Shown here in pieces: positions 29,442 to 38,968 of a stretch of 64,000 nt of DNA. The translations under genes and the position numbers were made by a program. The first letter of the stretch is position 1. Each line of letters starts with the position of its first letter. Origin of the DNA: a bacterium (GTDB taxonomy: Bacteria > Patescibacteriota > Minisyncoccia > Phycocordibacterales > Zambryskibacteraceae); NCBI GenBank assembly GCA_030650605.1, contig JAUSDP010000020.1, positions 83,282-147,281 of the forward strand. The letters are read 5' to 3'. The notes beneath the pieces were generated by a model, which had not been told where the DNA came from, ran no database searches, and saw nothing but the letters and a program-made list of their open reading frames with translations.

Positions 29442-30846
29442 CCAAGGCAAGGATAAAATATTTATGAAAACCGTACGACTACTTTCGGCATTGGCACTGC
29501 TTATGCTCGGCCTTAGCAGCCATGTCCCGGCAAGTGCTGCAGGCAATCAAGTTACCTGCACTCCATCAACTACGAACAATTACGTTGCGTGCGATGCAGG
29601 ATATACCGGGCAAAAATTTACCGTAACAACAAAAACTTGTCCAGATGGTTGGCCGAATGGCATCATCACGACTACGTCCACTTACGATACAAGCCACTGT
29701 TTAAGAAGCGCACCACCGCAAAATGGCGACCGTACTTGTGAACTTACTCCTGGCGCATGCTCTCCCATGCCAGCATCGCCTGGTTGTCCACTCAACCAAC
29801 ATTGGGTGCTGACAGGATCCACTGTCGCTCACTGCGTAAACAATGATCCAAGCTGCGGATGGGGAACATCATTGGTTCACGACGGCATGGGTAATCCAAG
29901 CTGTCTTGCCAATACCTGTCCCTCTAACAAAGTACTACAAGGCGATGGCATTTCTTGTGCTTGTCCAAGCGGCACCGCATGGAATGGTTCTTCTTGTGTA
30001 GCCTTACCACCACCATGTACACCAAGTTCAGTGAACGGTGGCGACGTTGCCTGCGGTGCCGGTTTTACAGGAAACAAGCATGGCGTTACGACAAATTCGT
30101 GTCCAGGAAACGTGTTGACATTCGCTTGGGATACTAGTAGTTGCGTACCAATCGTAGTTCCTCCACCTTGTACGCCAAGTATCGTTAATGGCAGTAACGT
30201 AACCTGTGGGGCCGGATTTACAGGAACTAAGTTCCTTGTTACAACAAACGCGTGTCCAGGAAATATCATCTCTTCAGTCTGGAATACGAGCAGTTGCGTG
30301 CCAATTGCGCCGCCACCGGCATGCACACCAAGTATCGTCAATGGCAGTAACGTAGTCTGTGACCCTGGCTTCATAGGTTTTAAACACGGGGTTACTACGA
30401 CCTCTTGCCCAGGTAGTGTCGTAACATTCGTTTGGGATACAAGTGCTTGCACACCTTTTGTGGCTCCGCCAGTTTGCGCAAACGGTGCCACTAATTATCC
30501 GACTTGTACACCAATTTGTGCTCCGCCTCGACAATTAGTAAATTCGGCTTGGCTTTTTGGCACAGCTTGTGTTCGTCCGTTTACTGTCGATCAGAATGGA
30601 AGTACTGTTATTTATCGATCTTCGACTTTTAATGTTTTTACTTATGATTCAACTAATAATGGTCCAAATATTTTAAGTATTGACCCTTCAATTTCTAACG
30701 CAGATAGTCGATCCATAATCTATTTAGGAGCTGATAACTGTAATAATCACATAAACGTATATAACGCTGGTGACGCAATGGAAGGTGGCGGGACAGCTCC
30801 GTACAACTTAGTTCAGCGAATAGCTCATAGTAGTTGGTGCAATTAA
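29425..30846 (+). CDS. secreted Cys/Pro-rich repeat protein, putative adhesin
   Basis: Signal peptide; about 51-aa repeats CTPS...C..GFTG.K....CP......DTS.C (one N-terminal, three tandem); AT-rich distinct C-terminus. Confidence 0.8.
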   Translation: MNVPTNQGKDKIFMKTVRLLSALALLMLGLSSHVPASAAGNQVTCTPSTTNNYVACDAGYTGQKFTVTTKTCPDGWPNGIITTTSTYDTSHCLRSAPPQNGDRTCELTPGACSPMPASPGCPLNQHWVLTGSTVAHCVNNDPSCGWGTSLVHDGMGNPSCLANTCPSNKVLQGDGISCACPSGTAWNGSSCVALPPPCTPSSVNGGDVACGAGFTGNKHGVTTNSCPGNVLTFAWDTSSCVPIVVPPPCTPSIVNGSNVTCGAGFTGTKFLVTTNACPGNIISSVWNTSSCVPIAPPPACTPSIVNGSNVVCDPGFIGFKHGVTTTSCPGSVVTFVWDTSACTPFVAPPVCANGATNYPTCTPICAPPRQLVNSAWLFGTACVRPFTVDQNGSTVIYRSSTFNVFTYDSTNNGPNILSIDPSISNADSRSIIYLGADNCNNHINVYNAGDAMEGGGTAPYNLVQRIAHSSWCN

Positions 30847-30927
30847 TTGACTTATTCCTAAATGACATAAACACACATTACACAAGGCGAACGATACTAA
30901 ATTTAAATTATCAAGAAAGCGACACAT

Positions 30928-30963
30928 GATCAAAATAACCGTCTGAAGACGGTTATTTTGATC
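30928..30963. terminator. bidirectional terminator-like hairpin
   Basis: GATCAAAATAACCGTC-tgaa-GACGGTTATTTTGATC between convergent frames. Confidence 0.75.
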
Positions 30964-30970
30964 TGCGCGA

Positions 30971-31198
30971 TTAATTACACTGAACACCACTTATATTCGT
31001 TCCGCAGACTGCCTTAACAAAGTTAAATGTTCCGCCAGTACATATCCATGTAGTTGTCACATGGCCAACGATACCAATATTCCCCGGTATTACAGAATAT
31101 CCACATGTTGTGTTATCAAGGCAGTTACAACTGGACGTTCCTTGCAAACCTTCTGCTTTTGCAAATCTAGCGCCTTTAATGCCTGCACCCAATAATAT
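30971..31198 (-). pseudogene. start-less Cys-rich C-terminal cassette
   Basis: Frame ILLGAGIK...SSCNCLDNTTC...WICTGG...VCGTNISGVQCN*; no RBS or ATG; ends CN* like the 29425 gene. Confidence 0.55.
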
Positions 31199-31204
31199 CT
31201 AAAA

Positions 31205-31683
31205 TTCCATTTTGGCAGATAGATTGACCAATTTTCGAAATCGATATTTTCCCATTGCATTCCCAACACTTCACTTTTTCTAGCGCCAGATTCAAGGCAC
31301 ATGACAAACAGGAAGTAAGGTTCTTGATTGATTTTCGCTTTTAACCAGCCAGCGATTTTGACTGACTCTTCCGCCGAGAGAGTACGTTTGCAGTCGAGAT
31401 TTGGCTTTGGCTTCTCACCCCGTGGAATCATCTTGACGGGATTCACGAGTCTATTGGGAAATTTATCTGGCTAGAGTTTATAGACTTTCTCAAACGCAGA
31501 ACCAATGGTCGAAATTTCTCTGAGAATGGTATTGTCTTTTATTCCTTTCTCGCGGCGAGAGTCCATGTAATGAATCAACAGCCAAAAATCTATCGTATCA
31601 ATTTTTAAGTCTGCGAATGGAATTGCGGTAGCAACATGTTCAAGCTTATTGAGGACTTTGTATTTGATTGAGTAAACTGACAT
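31205..31683 (-). pseudogene. Rci-like tyrosine recombinase remnant
   Basis: NTILREIS..., in-frame TAG at 31471-31473, NPV..., LESGARKSEVLGMQWENIDF...IYLPK, then similarity lost; no HxxR or catalytic Y. Confidence 0.8.
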
Positions 31684-31728
31684 TGATCCTCGGTTTGCAC
31701 TGCATTTTCATTGTGCAAAAAATTGTGC

Positions 31729-31762
31729 TTAAAAAAAAGCCGGAATGAACCGGCTTTTTTAG
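31729..31762 (-). terminator. intrinsic terminator of the CAP gene
   Basis: AAAAAAGCCGG-aatgaa-CCGGCTTTTTT. Confidence 0.8.
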
Positions 31763-31776
31763 AAATGGTATTGATT

Positions 31777-32808
31777 TTATTGGTTTGCACCACCGCCAAT
31801 ATTCAACGAAGCACCGGTGGTGAAACTCCAATTTTTAACTAGTGCCACTCCATTAACATTGCCAATAAACGAAACACTGTATTTTGTATTAGCCTTGAAT
31901 GGAGCTTTACCAACAATGTGAACAACGTTAGTCCCAATATGTTTATTAATATCGTTTGCGTTGGTGATTAAACGAACGTCCAAGGGTGCTGTTTGAGCCG
32001 CTTCCGTCACGGTAAAACTGGTAACCGCGAGAGTTGTCCCAAATGCCGAATAAATAGACACTGGAGAGGTCGTCTTCGTTAGCACGTCGTTGGTTGTCGT
32101 ATCAATGTCGGAAAATGGATTTGGTGTCTCTCCGCTCATGACCAGCGGAAGATCCGTTTGAAGATCGACTGGATAGGTTGTGACAAAGTCAGATGAATTG
32201 TTCTGTCCCAAACCAACACCTAGCCCATTTTCAACCACCAATGGTTTGAACCATCCAACATTCAAAGAAAAGCCAGCGTCAATAATTGATTGCGTCGCAA
32301 TACCGTCGCGATGGTAAATCGTATTCATCAATTGACGAACGCCAATCTGTCCACCGGTACCGGCGAGCATTTCGCCATCATTTCCAGCGTATCCAGAAAA
32401 TTGAGTACGATCTTGTGGATTGACCCCGGTGAAACCTGGCTTAGATGGGTCTTCTGTATGGCTAAAAATTTGATTCACGACGATGTAGTTTGCGTGATTT
32501 GCCGCAGCCTGATCCAACTTCAAGTTTTGAGCAACTAAGCCCAAGCCCATCATTTTACGAAACCCATTAAATTCATTGAATGCGGCCAGTTCTTCAGATC
32601 CAACAAGATAAGTTGGCGTCGGAACACTGGTCTGCAATTTAGCTGGTGTTACCGTTGGTGCGGGCGTAACACACACACCATTGGTTAAAACTTGTGGCGC
32701 TATACATGCCGGTGTGACAGCAACTGGAGTAGACACCCCACCGCTACCACCACCGCAGGCAGACAAGATCAAAGAAGAGATGACTGTTGCAAGTAAGTGT
32801 TTTTTCAT
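31777..32808 (-). CDS. CAP/SCP-domain lipoprotein with C-terminal Ig-like domain
   Basis: Lipobox LSAC; N..R...GL, AAANHANY, HTE, GFTG, GE, YHR; WSFTT end. Confidence 0.85.
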   Translation of the reverse strand: MKKHLLATVISSLILSACGGGSGGVSTPVAVTPACIAPQVLTNGVCVTPAPTVTPAKLQTSVPTPTYLVGSEELAAFNEFNGFRKMMGLGLVAQNLKLDQAAANHANYIVVNQIFSHTEDPSKPGFTGVNPQDRTQFSGYAGNDGEMLAGTGGQIGVRQLMNTIYHRDGIATQSIIDAGFSLNVGWFKPLVVENGLGVGLGQNNSSDFVTTYPVDLQTDLPLVMSGETPNPFSDIDTTTNDVLTKTTSPVSIYSAFGTTLAVTSFTVTEAAQTAPLDVRLITNANDINKHIGTNVVHIVGKAPFKANTKYSVSFIGNVNGVALVKNWSFTTGASLNIGGGANQ

Positions 32809-32850
32809 TTTGAGCCTCTTGTGGTTGTTTGTGGAGTTCATGGAAACCAT

Positions 32851-32878
32851 CGTACAGTAAAAATTAACCGTGTCAAAT
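32851..32878 (-). promoter_or_regulatory. conserved promoter/operator TTTGACACGGTYAA (copy 1)
   Basis: Reverse strand TTTGACACGGTTAATTTTTACTGTACGAT. Confidence 0.65.
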
Positions 32879-32961
32879 TTTGACAAAATTCAGATATTTT
32901 TTTCGTATGTAGTATATTATGCGTAAATATTATTTCGAAACATAACTATTCTACGAAAGAA

Positions 32962-33678
32962 TTGCAAATGAGGAAACACATTTTTTCTGCGGCGCTTTTT
33001 TTTCAGGTGTTATCTATTGCCCATGCGGCTCCACAAGACGCGATTAAGGAGGCAATTTCACCTTTGATTGAAGGTGTAACGATTGAGAAAATTTCCCCTA
33101 CTTCACGTGCCGGACTCTTTGAGGTGATTACACCGAAAGGGATTCTCTACACAGACAAGACCGGCTCGTTCGTCATTTTTGGTGGCGTGCTGGTGGATTC
33201 AAAATCAAAGACCAATGTAACTGCGCAACGAATGGAGGAAATTGGGACATTCAGATTTTCTGATTTACCTTTAAAGGATGCAATTAAGACCGTACGCGGA
33301 AACGGATCTCGTGTTCTGGCGACGTTTGAAGATCCCAATTGCGGGTATTGCAAAAAGCTGGCCAACGAAATTTCCAAGCTCGACAATATTACGATTTACA
33401 CCTTCCTACTTCCTATCTTGTCGCAGGATTCCAAAGAAAAATCGACAACTATTTGGTGTGCAACCGATCAGTCAGAAACATGGAATCGCTTCATGACAGG
33501 CAATCAGCCTCTGCCTGACAGAAAAGAATGCGTTACACCGTTGGATCGCAACTTAGCCCTCTCGCAAAAGCTACATATCAATGGCACCCCGGCGATTTTG
33601 TTTGCCAACAACACCAGATCGCCGGGGTATCTAGCCGCCGATCAAATTGAATTGAAACTAGCAACAAAAAGTAAGTAA
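32962..33678 (+). CDS. dsbC: DsbC-family disulfide isomerase
   Basis: Signal peptide, FEDPNCGYCKK, GTP. Confidence 0.92.
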   Translation: MQMRKHIFSAALFFQVLSIAHAAPQDAIKEAISPLIEGVTIEKISPTSRAGLFEVITPKGILYTDKTGSFVIFGGVLVDSKSKTNVTAQRMEEIGTFRFSDLPLKDAIKTVRGNGSRVLATFEDPNCGYCKKLANEISKLDNITIYTFLLPILSQDSKEKSTTIWCATDQSETWNRFMTGNQPLPDRKECVTPLDRNLALSQKLHINGTPAILFANNTRSPGYLAADQIELKLATKSK

Positions 33679-33783
33679 TTTCGACGTGAAGTTTTATGAA
33701 TCCCGATAGCAAACTTAAAAAGGAATACGAGAGTAGGCGCTATCCCTTTCAACTACAAAGTTGACGTTTCTCGTGAAATAAAA

Positions 33784-35394
33784 ATGGCAAAAAAGATTGG
33801 CATTACAAAATTTGCAGCGGCAATATGTGCCGTATTCACCGCGTTAATTCTATCCGGCTGTGGTGGTGGAAGTGGTAACACTGTGTTGGAAAGCCCTGGA
33901 TTGGCACTCAGTACGACGGCATCAAATACTGTGACCATCGACCTCGGCGCTAGTGCTGCATATACCGTAAATGGTGGCGGTGGTGGTTCCAAATTCACGA
34001 GCTATACGGCCACCAGCAGTAACATCAAGATCGCTACTGCAGTAGTTGATGGAACGAAACTGACTATTTCCGGCATTTCACTTGGTGCGGTCACGGTCAC
34101 AGTTTCCGATTCAAAAGGGGCATCGGTGCAAATCGGCGTAACGATTGGTACTAGTGCCTCTGCTGCCGCTCTCTATACCACGGCACCGAGCGCTGTAACG
34201 ATCGCACCCGGTTCTGCACCAGTTTATGCCATCGCTGGTGGTACTGAGCCTTACACCGTCACCAGTAGTGACACCAGCGTCGCCAGTGTCACTGTCAATC
34301 AACGAACGTTGGTGGTTACTGGCGTTGCTCCGGGATCCGCTAAAGTCGTTATCTTTGACGCTACAGGCGCATCAACCACTATTAGTACAACTATTAGCTC
34401 TGCAAAAGTTGTAACCCCACTGTACACAACGGCCCAAAATGCAATCACTATTGCGCCAGGTGCTACACCTTCATATACGATTGCCGGTGGTGCCGCCCCT
34501 TATACTGCGACAAGCAGCAATAGCGGCGTATCGACGGTGAGTGTCAGTGGAGGAACGTTGACAATTGGCGGTGTAGTCAGTGGCACTTCGACTATCGCTA
34601 TTTTTGATTCATTAGGATCCTCGACAAAAGTGGTCGTTACTGTTGGGGCGACTGGAACTGCTCTATATACCACCGCACCAAGTCCGTTGACTGTTGGTGT
34701 AGGCGCCACAACTTATCAATACTCAATTGCTGGTGGGTTCGGACCTTACATTGCAAATAGTAGCAATGTCAGTGTGGCGATGGTAAGCCTCAACGGCAGT
34801 ACCTTTGCCATTACTGGAGTAACGCCAGGTGTTGCCAATATCGTTCTCCATGACTCTACAGGAGGCACTGTCACGATAGCGCTCACGATCGGGTCAGGCA
34901 CTACACCTACAACGATAGCACCTGTCTATACGACTGCACAAAATGCCATTACGATTGCGGCCGGCGCGACACCCACGTATACGGTCGGTGGTGGAATTGC
35001 CCCTTACACGGTTAGCAGTGGCAATGTCAGCGTGGTGACAGCAGCTCTGAGTGGTAATACTCTTTCTGTTGCGGGTGTTTCCGGCGGAACGGCAACCGTT
35101 ACAGTTCGAGATTATTCAGGTACCACTTCCGCGATCGCTGTAACTGTGGGATCGTCTACGGCACTCTATACGACAGCACCTAGTACCGTAACGATCGGCG
35201 TTGGATCTGCACCAACATATACGATTGCAGGTGGTGCGATTCCATATAACGCCGTGAGCAGCAACACAGGCGTAGCCACTGTCGCGTTGGCTGGTTCCGC
35301 AATGACGATCACTGGAATTGCTTCGGGTACTGCCCAAATTGCTGTTCATGATGTCACTGGTGCACTGGTGACGATCACCGTCACTGTTCCTTAA
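33784..35394 (+). CDS. surface lipoprotein with six tandem Ig-like repeats
   Basis: Lipobox LSGC; repeated LYTTAP..TI..G...Y.IAGG..PY...SS...VA.V units. Confidence 0.85.
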   Translation: MAKKIGITKFAAAICAVFTALILSGCGGGSGNTVLESPGLALSTTASNTVTIDLGASAAYTVNGGGGGSKFTSYTATSSNIKIATAVVDGTKLTISGISLGAVTVTVSDSKGASVQIGVTIGTSASAAALYTTAPSAVTIAPGSAPVYAIAGGTEPYTVTSSDTSVASVTVNQRTLVVTGVAPGSAKVVIFDATGASTTISTTISSAKVVTPLYTTAQNAITIAPGATPSYTIAGGAAPYTATSSNSGVSTVSVSGGTLTIGGVVSGTSTIAIFDSLGSSTKVVVTVGATGTALYTTAPSPLTVGVGATTYQYSIAGGFGPYIANSSNVSVAMVSLNGSTFAITGVTPGVANIVLHDSTGGTVTIALTIGSGTTPTTIAPVYTTAQNAITIAAGATPTYTVGGGIAPYTVSSGNVSVVTAALSGNTLSVAGVSGGTATVTVRDYSGTTSAIAVTVGSSTALYTTAPSTVTIGVGSAPTYTIAGGAIPYNAVSSNTGVATVALAGSAMTITGIASGTAQIAVHDVTGALVTITVTVP

Positions 35395-35467
35395 TTAATG
35401 TTGAGCATGATGGACATAGTATCTTTTTAAAATGATGCCCGTCATGCTCAATAATCGCAAGGCAACC

Positions 35468-35501
35468 AAAGGAACATCGGTAAATCCGAGTTCCTTTTTT
35501 T
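35468..35501 (+). terminator. intrinsic terminator (preceded by a hairpin at 35401-35451)
   Basis: AAAGGAAC..CGG-taaat-CCG.GTTCCTTTTTTT. Confidence 0.65.
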
Positions 35502-35520
35502 ACATTTAGGATTAACCAAA

Positions 35521-36192
35521 ATGAAACATCTAGTCACTTCTATTTTTTTAATTTCACTTTTCGCTTCGTATAGCAATGCCGCTGAGCCGAGCAGCCATTT
35601 TCAAGCGCCAAGTGCGAATGACACATTCTCAGAAACTCAAATGCTAACGATTCAAGGACGCAAACCAATAACGATATCGATCTTAAATGGTTTTGGAAAA
35701 GAGATCCCATTAATGGAGGCTACAAAACTCATCTTACCAAAAGGAATAATTGCTATTTTCGATGAATCGGTCTCAGGTGCCAATGTGAAAGTCTCCTGGC
35801 GCGGTGGAAATACTTGGCTATCAACATTAGCGCAAATTTTGCAACAAGCACGAGTATCAGCGGTAATGAACTTCGATTCGATGCAACTAACCATTTCAAC
35901 ATTCGACCCTCAATCGTTGGCCGTTCAAGCTCCTCCTTTGGCAGTACCTCGCAGTGCGGAAATCAATGGAGTGCAACAAAAAGGTAATTTGATCGTGGTG
36001 ACTTTAGAAAATCAAGTCAGCGAAATTTACATCGTTGATCGCCTCCGACAAAGGGATATTCCAGTGGTTTGGATAAGCCCAACCGCCTTTACGTTCCCGA
36101 TATCTGTTTCCGACAAAATTCGCATCACAACCGATAAAGGAGCATCAAACATCACACGATTGAATGGCAATTGGATGATAGGTGGCGCATGA
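35521..36192 (+). CDS. periplasmic pilus/secretin-associated protein (PilL/TcpQ-related)
   Basis: Signal peptide; GFGKEIPL..A...ILP.G, VSWRGG.TW...L. Confidence 0.55.
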   Translation: MKHLVTSIFLISLFASYSNAAEPSSHFQAPSANDTFSETQMLTIQGRKPITISILNGFGKEIPLMEATKLILPKGIIAIFDESVSGANVKVSWRGGNTWLSTLAQILQQARVSAVMNFDSMQLTISTFDPQSLAVQAPPLAVPRSAEINGVQQKGNLIVVTLENQVSEIYIVDRLRQRDIPVVWISPTAFTFPISVSDKIRITTDKGASNITRLNGNWMIGGA

Positions 36193-36256
36193 ATAGTGGC
36201 GATTGGTGGCAAATGGCGCGTGAATATACGGCTAATGGTTGCTCACATTTCAATTA

Positions 36257-36285
36257 TTTGACACGGTTAAAAAATACTGTATCGT
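36257..36285 (+). promoter_or_regulatory. conserved promoter/operator (copy 2)
   Basis: TTTGACACGGTTAAAAAATACTGTATCGT upstream of the C5 methyltransferase. Confidence 0.65.
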
Positions 36286-36345
36286 GATTTCACTGGCAGT
36301 ACAAAAACAACCCGTTATCAATCGCGTTTTGAACTAAGGTCATAC

Positions 36346-38415
36346 ATGAGACTCAATAAAGATAATTACACGATTCCACTTGGCTTCTCTAATGAGTTGA
36401 TCATCGATAATTTCGCTGGTGGCGGCGGCACATCGTCGGGACTTGAGCAGGCGTTCGGCCGACCAGTCGATATCGCGATCAATCACGATCCTGAAGCACT
36501 GGCAATGCATGCAGCGAATCACCCGCACACAAAGCATCTTTGCGAGAGCGTCTGGGACATTGACCCGATTAAAGTAACAAACAATCAGCCGGTCGGTTTA
36601 GTCTGGCTGTCGCCGGACTGTAAGCACTTCTCTAAAGCCAAGGGCGGGAAGCCAGTAGATAAGCGCATCCGTGGCTTGGCTTGGGTTACATTGCGTTGGG
36701 CAGCGAAGTGTAAGCCGCGTGTCATTATGCTTGAAAATGTGGGCGAGTTTCAGACTTGGGGTCCGCTGCTTATTGACGTAAATGGTGACGCGAAACCCGA
36801 CCCAGCAAAAAAGGGAAAAACATTTGGAAGCTTCATTCGCCAGCTAAAAGCACATGGATACGATGTTGAGCATCGCGAGATGCGTGCTTGTGACTATGGC
36901 ACTCCAACAATCCGTAAACGCTTCTTCCTTATTGCTAGACGCGATGGCATAAAAATTCAATGGCCCGAACCGACACACGGCGCACCAGATAGTATCGAAG
37001 TCACATCAGGGAAGCTGCAAACATATCGCACAGCTGCTGAGTGTATCGATTGGTCGATCCCGTGCCCGAGCATTTTTGAAAGAAACAGGCCGCTTGCGGA
37101 AGCCACCTTGCGCCGCATTGCCAAGGGAATTATGCGCTATGTTGTCAACGCCGCAGATCCTTTTATTATTGGGCAAGGTGGTCCTGTGTATTCTGGTAAA
37201 CCAGTAACAGTGGAACAGCCATTCGGCACACTAACAACTGAGAATCACCGTTCAGTAGTAGTTCCAACATTGGTGCAAACAGGTTATGGTGAACGCAAAG
37301 CTGGGTGGTACTGCAAACATTGCTCTACACAATTTGGCATTGAACCAACGTGTGGATGTACTGCATGTGGAAACGAGGACGATTTAATACCAGTTAAAGC
37401 ACAATCTCCTCGATCCCTTGACATCAAAGAACCATTGGGCACCGTCGTTGGCGGCGGAGTAAAGCACGCTCTTGCTGCTACTTTTTTATCCCCGTACTAC
37501 AGCGACAAACGACCAAACGACGCACGCGGTCAAATACCGAATGAGCCGATTAATACGGTCCCAACCGAGAACCGACATGCACTAGTGACTGCACTGCTTA
37601 CTGAACATGCTAACGCTAGCAATCAACGCGTTATGCCAGTTGACGAGCCGCTGCGCACCATTTGTGCCCAAGTCAAAGGTGGACATTTCAGCCTTGTGTC
37701 AGCTCATATAACAAAATTTCGCACTGGCGCAATAGGTAGTGCAATGACTGAACCATTGCACACAATCACCGCAGGGCCGAAGGAAAACCCCGCAGGATGT
37801 CCTCACGCGATGGGCATCGTCACTGCACACATACAGCGCGACATGGGACAAAGTGTCGGACATGCGATTGACGGCCCGTTAGGAACAACGACAGCCGGTG
37901 GCGGTGGTCACTCCGCAATCGTTACAAGTAACTTAGTCAAACTGCGCGGGACTAGCAACGCGGCGGCTACCAACGATCCACTTGGAACAATAAGCGCTGG
38001 TGGTCTGCACCACGCCGAGGTGCGAGCATTCCTATTGAGTTATTACGGGACCGATCAAGCACCAAAAATTGATGGGCCTCTGGCGACAGTCACCAGCAAA
38101 GAGCGATTCGGCCTTGTCACGATCAAGGGGCAAGATTATCAAATAGTCGATATCGGATTACGTATGCTTTCACCTCGGGAGCTATTCCGAGCTCAAGGAT
38201 TCAAAGAAGACTACATTTTTACTCATATCCCAGATCCGGCAATTCTATTCATGGACGGGGTGCAAATTGATGCCGAAGTGCTCGGACTTCCAATGATCCC
38301 ACTCACCAAGAGCGCCCAAGTGCGAATGTGTGGCAACAGCGTCTGCCCGCCAATGGCGTTCGCGTTGATTCAGGCAAGTTTTAAACATGAAAAACAAATA
38401 GCGAGAGCAGCATGA
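36346..38415 (+). CDS. DNA (cytosine-5) methyltransferase, phage/plasmid long-variable-region type
   Basis: DNFAGGGG, SPDCKHFSKAKG, ENV, R.R, repeated P.GT.T units, RMCGNSVCP. Confidence 0.95.
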   Translation: MRLNKDNYTIPLGFSNELIIDNFAGGGGTSSGLEQAFGRPVDIAINHDPEALAMHAANHPHTKHLCESVWDIDPIKVTNNQPVGLVWLSPDCKHFSKAKGGKPVDKRIRGLAWVTLRWAAKCKPRVIMLENVGEFQTWGPLLIDVNGDAKPDPAKKGKTFGSFIRQLKAHGYDVEHREMRACDYGTPTIRKRFFLIARRDGIKIQWPEPTHGAPDSIEVTSGKLQTYRTAAECIDWSIPCPSIFERNRPLAEATLRRIAKGIMRYVVNAADPFIIGQGGPVYSGKPVTVEQPFGTLTTENHRSVVVPTLVQTGYGERKAGWYCKHCSTQFGIEPTCGCTACGNEDDLIPVKAQSPRSLDIKEPLGTVVGGGVKHALAATFLSPYYSDKRPNDARGQIPNEPINTVPTENRHALVTALLTEHANASNQRVMPVDEPLRTICAQVKGGHFSLVSAHITKFRTGAIGSAMTEPLHTITAGPKENPAGCPHAMGIVTAHIQRDMGQSVGHAIDGPLGTTTAGGGGHSAIVTSNLVKLRGTSNAAATNDPLGTISAGGLHHAEVRAFLLSYYGTDQAPKIDGPLATVTSKERFGLVTIKGQDYQIVDIGLRMLSPRELFRAQGFKEDYIFTHIPDPAILFMDGVQIDAEVLGLPMIPLTKSAQVRMCGNSVCPPMAFALIQASFKHEKQIARAA

Positions 38416-38486
38416 CACCACAAGACTTTGCAGCAAAGATCGGAATGGTTTTTAACTTCCACGACTTGCCACAGTTCCCAGCATGA
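38412..38486 (+). CDS. 24-aa translationally coupled mini-ORF
   Basis: ATGA overlaps at both ends. Confidence 0.4.
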   Translation: MTPQDFAAKIGMVFNFHDLPQFPA

Positions 38487-38968
38487 CCACTCCTGCACAA
38501 CTCGAACTGCTTAGACATACACTTGGCCTAAATCGCAACCAGGCACCGTCACGTAACTACTTCATGACGGATGCTGCAAGTAGCGGATTCGCAGACCTGA
38601 TCGCGCTCACCGAAGCTGGTTTGATGGCGAAGTCTATCAATCCTGAATGGCTTGGTGGCGGTTTCAATTTTAGCGCCACAGTTGAGGGTCGCGCCTACGC
38701 CGTAGGCATGCAACCAGCACCGAAAAAGAAAAGCAGGTACGAGGAGTTTCTTGATTCCGATTGCGGGTACTCGTTCGCTGAGTGGCTAGGAATCGATGTC
38801 CCGAGACGCGAGTACAGCCGAGGACGTTACCAAATCCCTTACAGTCATTCACCTCGCGATATGGTTCGTCTAACCTCAGAACGAGGCACAGGTGAGTGGG
38901 CGACGACACTGAAAGAGGCAAAAGCCAACTATAAAAATGCAATCCGAACTACGCGATTCCCTGTATGA
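38483..38968 (+). CDS. hypothetical protein
   Basis: 161-aa ORF in operon, overlaps the next gene by 4 bp. Confidence 0.75.
   Translation: MTTPAQLELLRHTLGLNRNQAPSRNYFMTDAASSGFADLIALTEAGLMAKSINPEWLGGGFNFSATVEGRAYAVGMQPAPKKKSRYEEFLDSDCGYSFAEWLGIDVPRREYSRGRYQIPYSHSPRDMVRLTSERGTGEWATTLKEAKANYKNAIRTTRFPV

Noticed and set aside
30298-30305. GTGCCAAT as an R64 sfx site
   Set aside because: Single short match with no CCGGT..GTGG arm and no partner; falls at a Cys-Val-Pro codon run
36275-36300. LexA SOS box
   Set aside because: CTGT is present but there is no ACAG eight bases later
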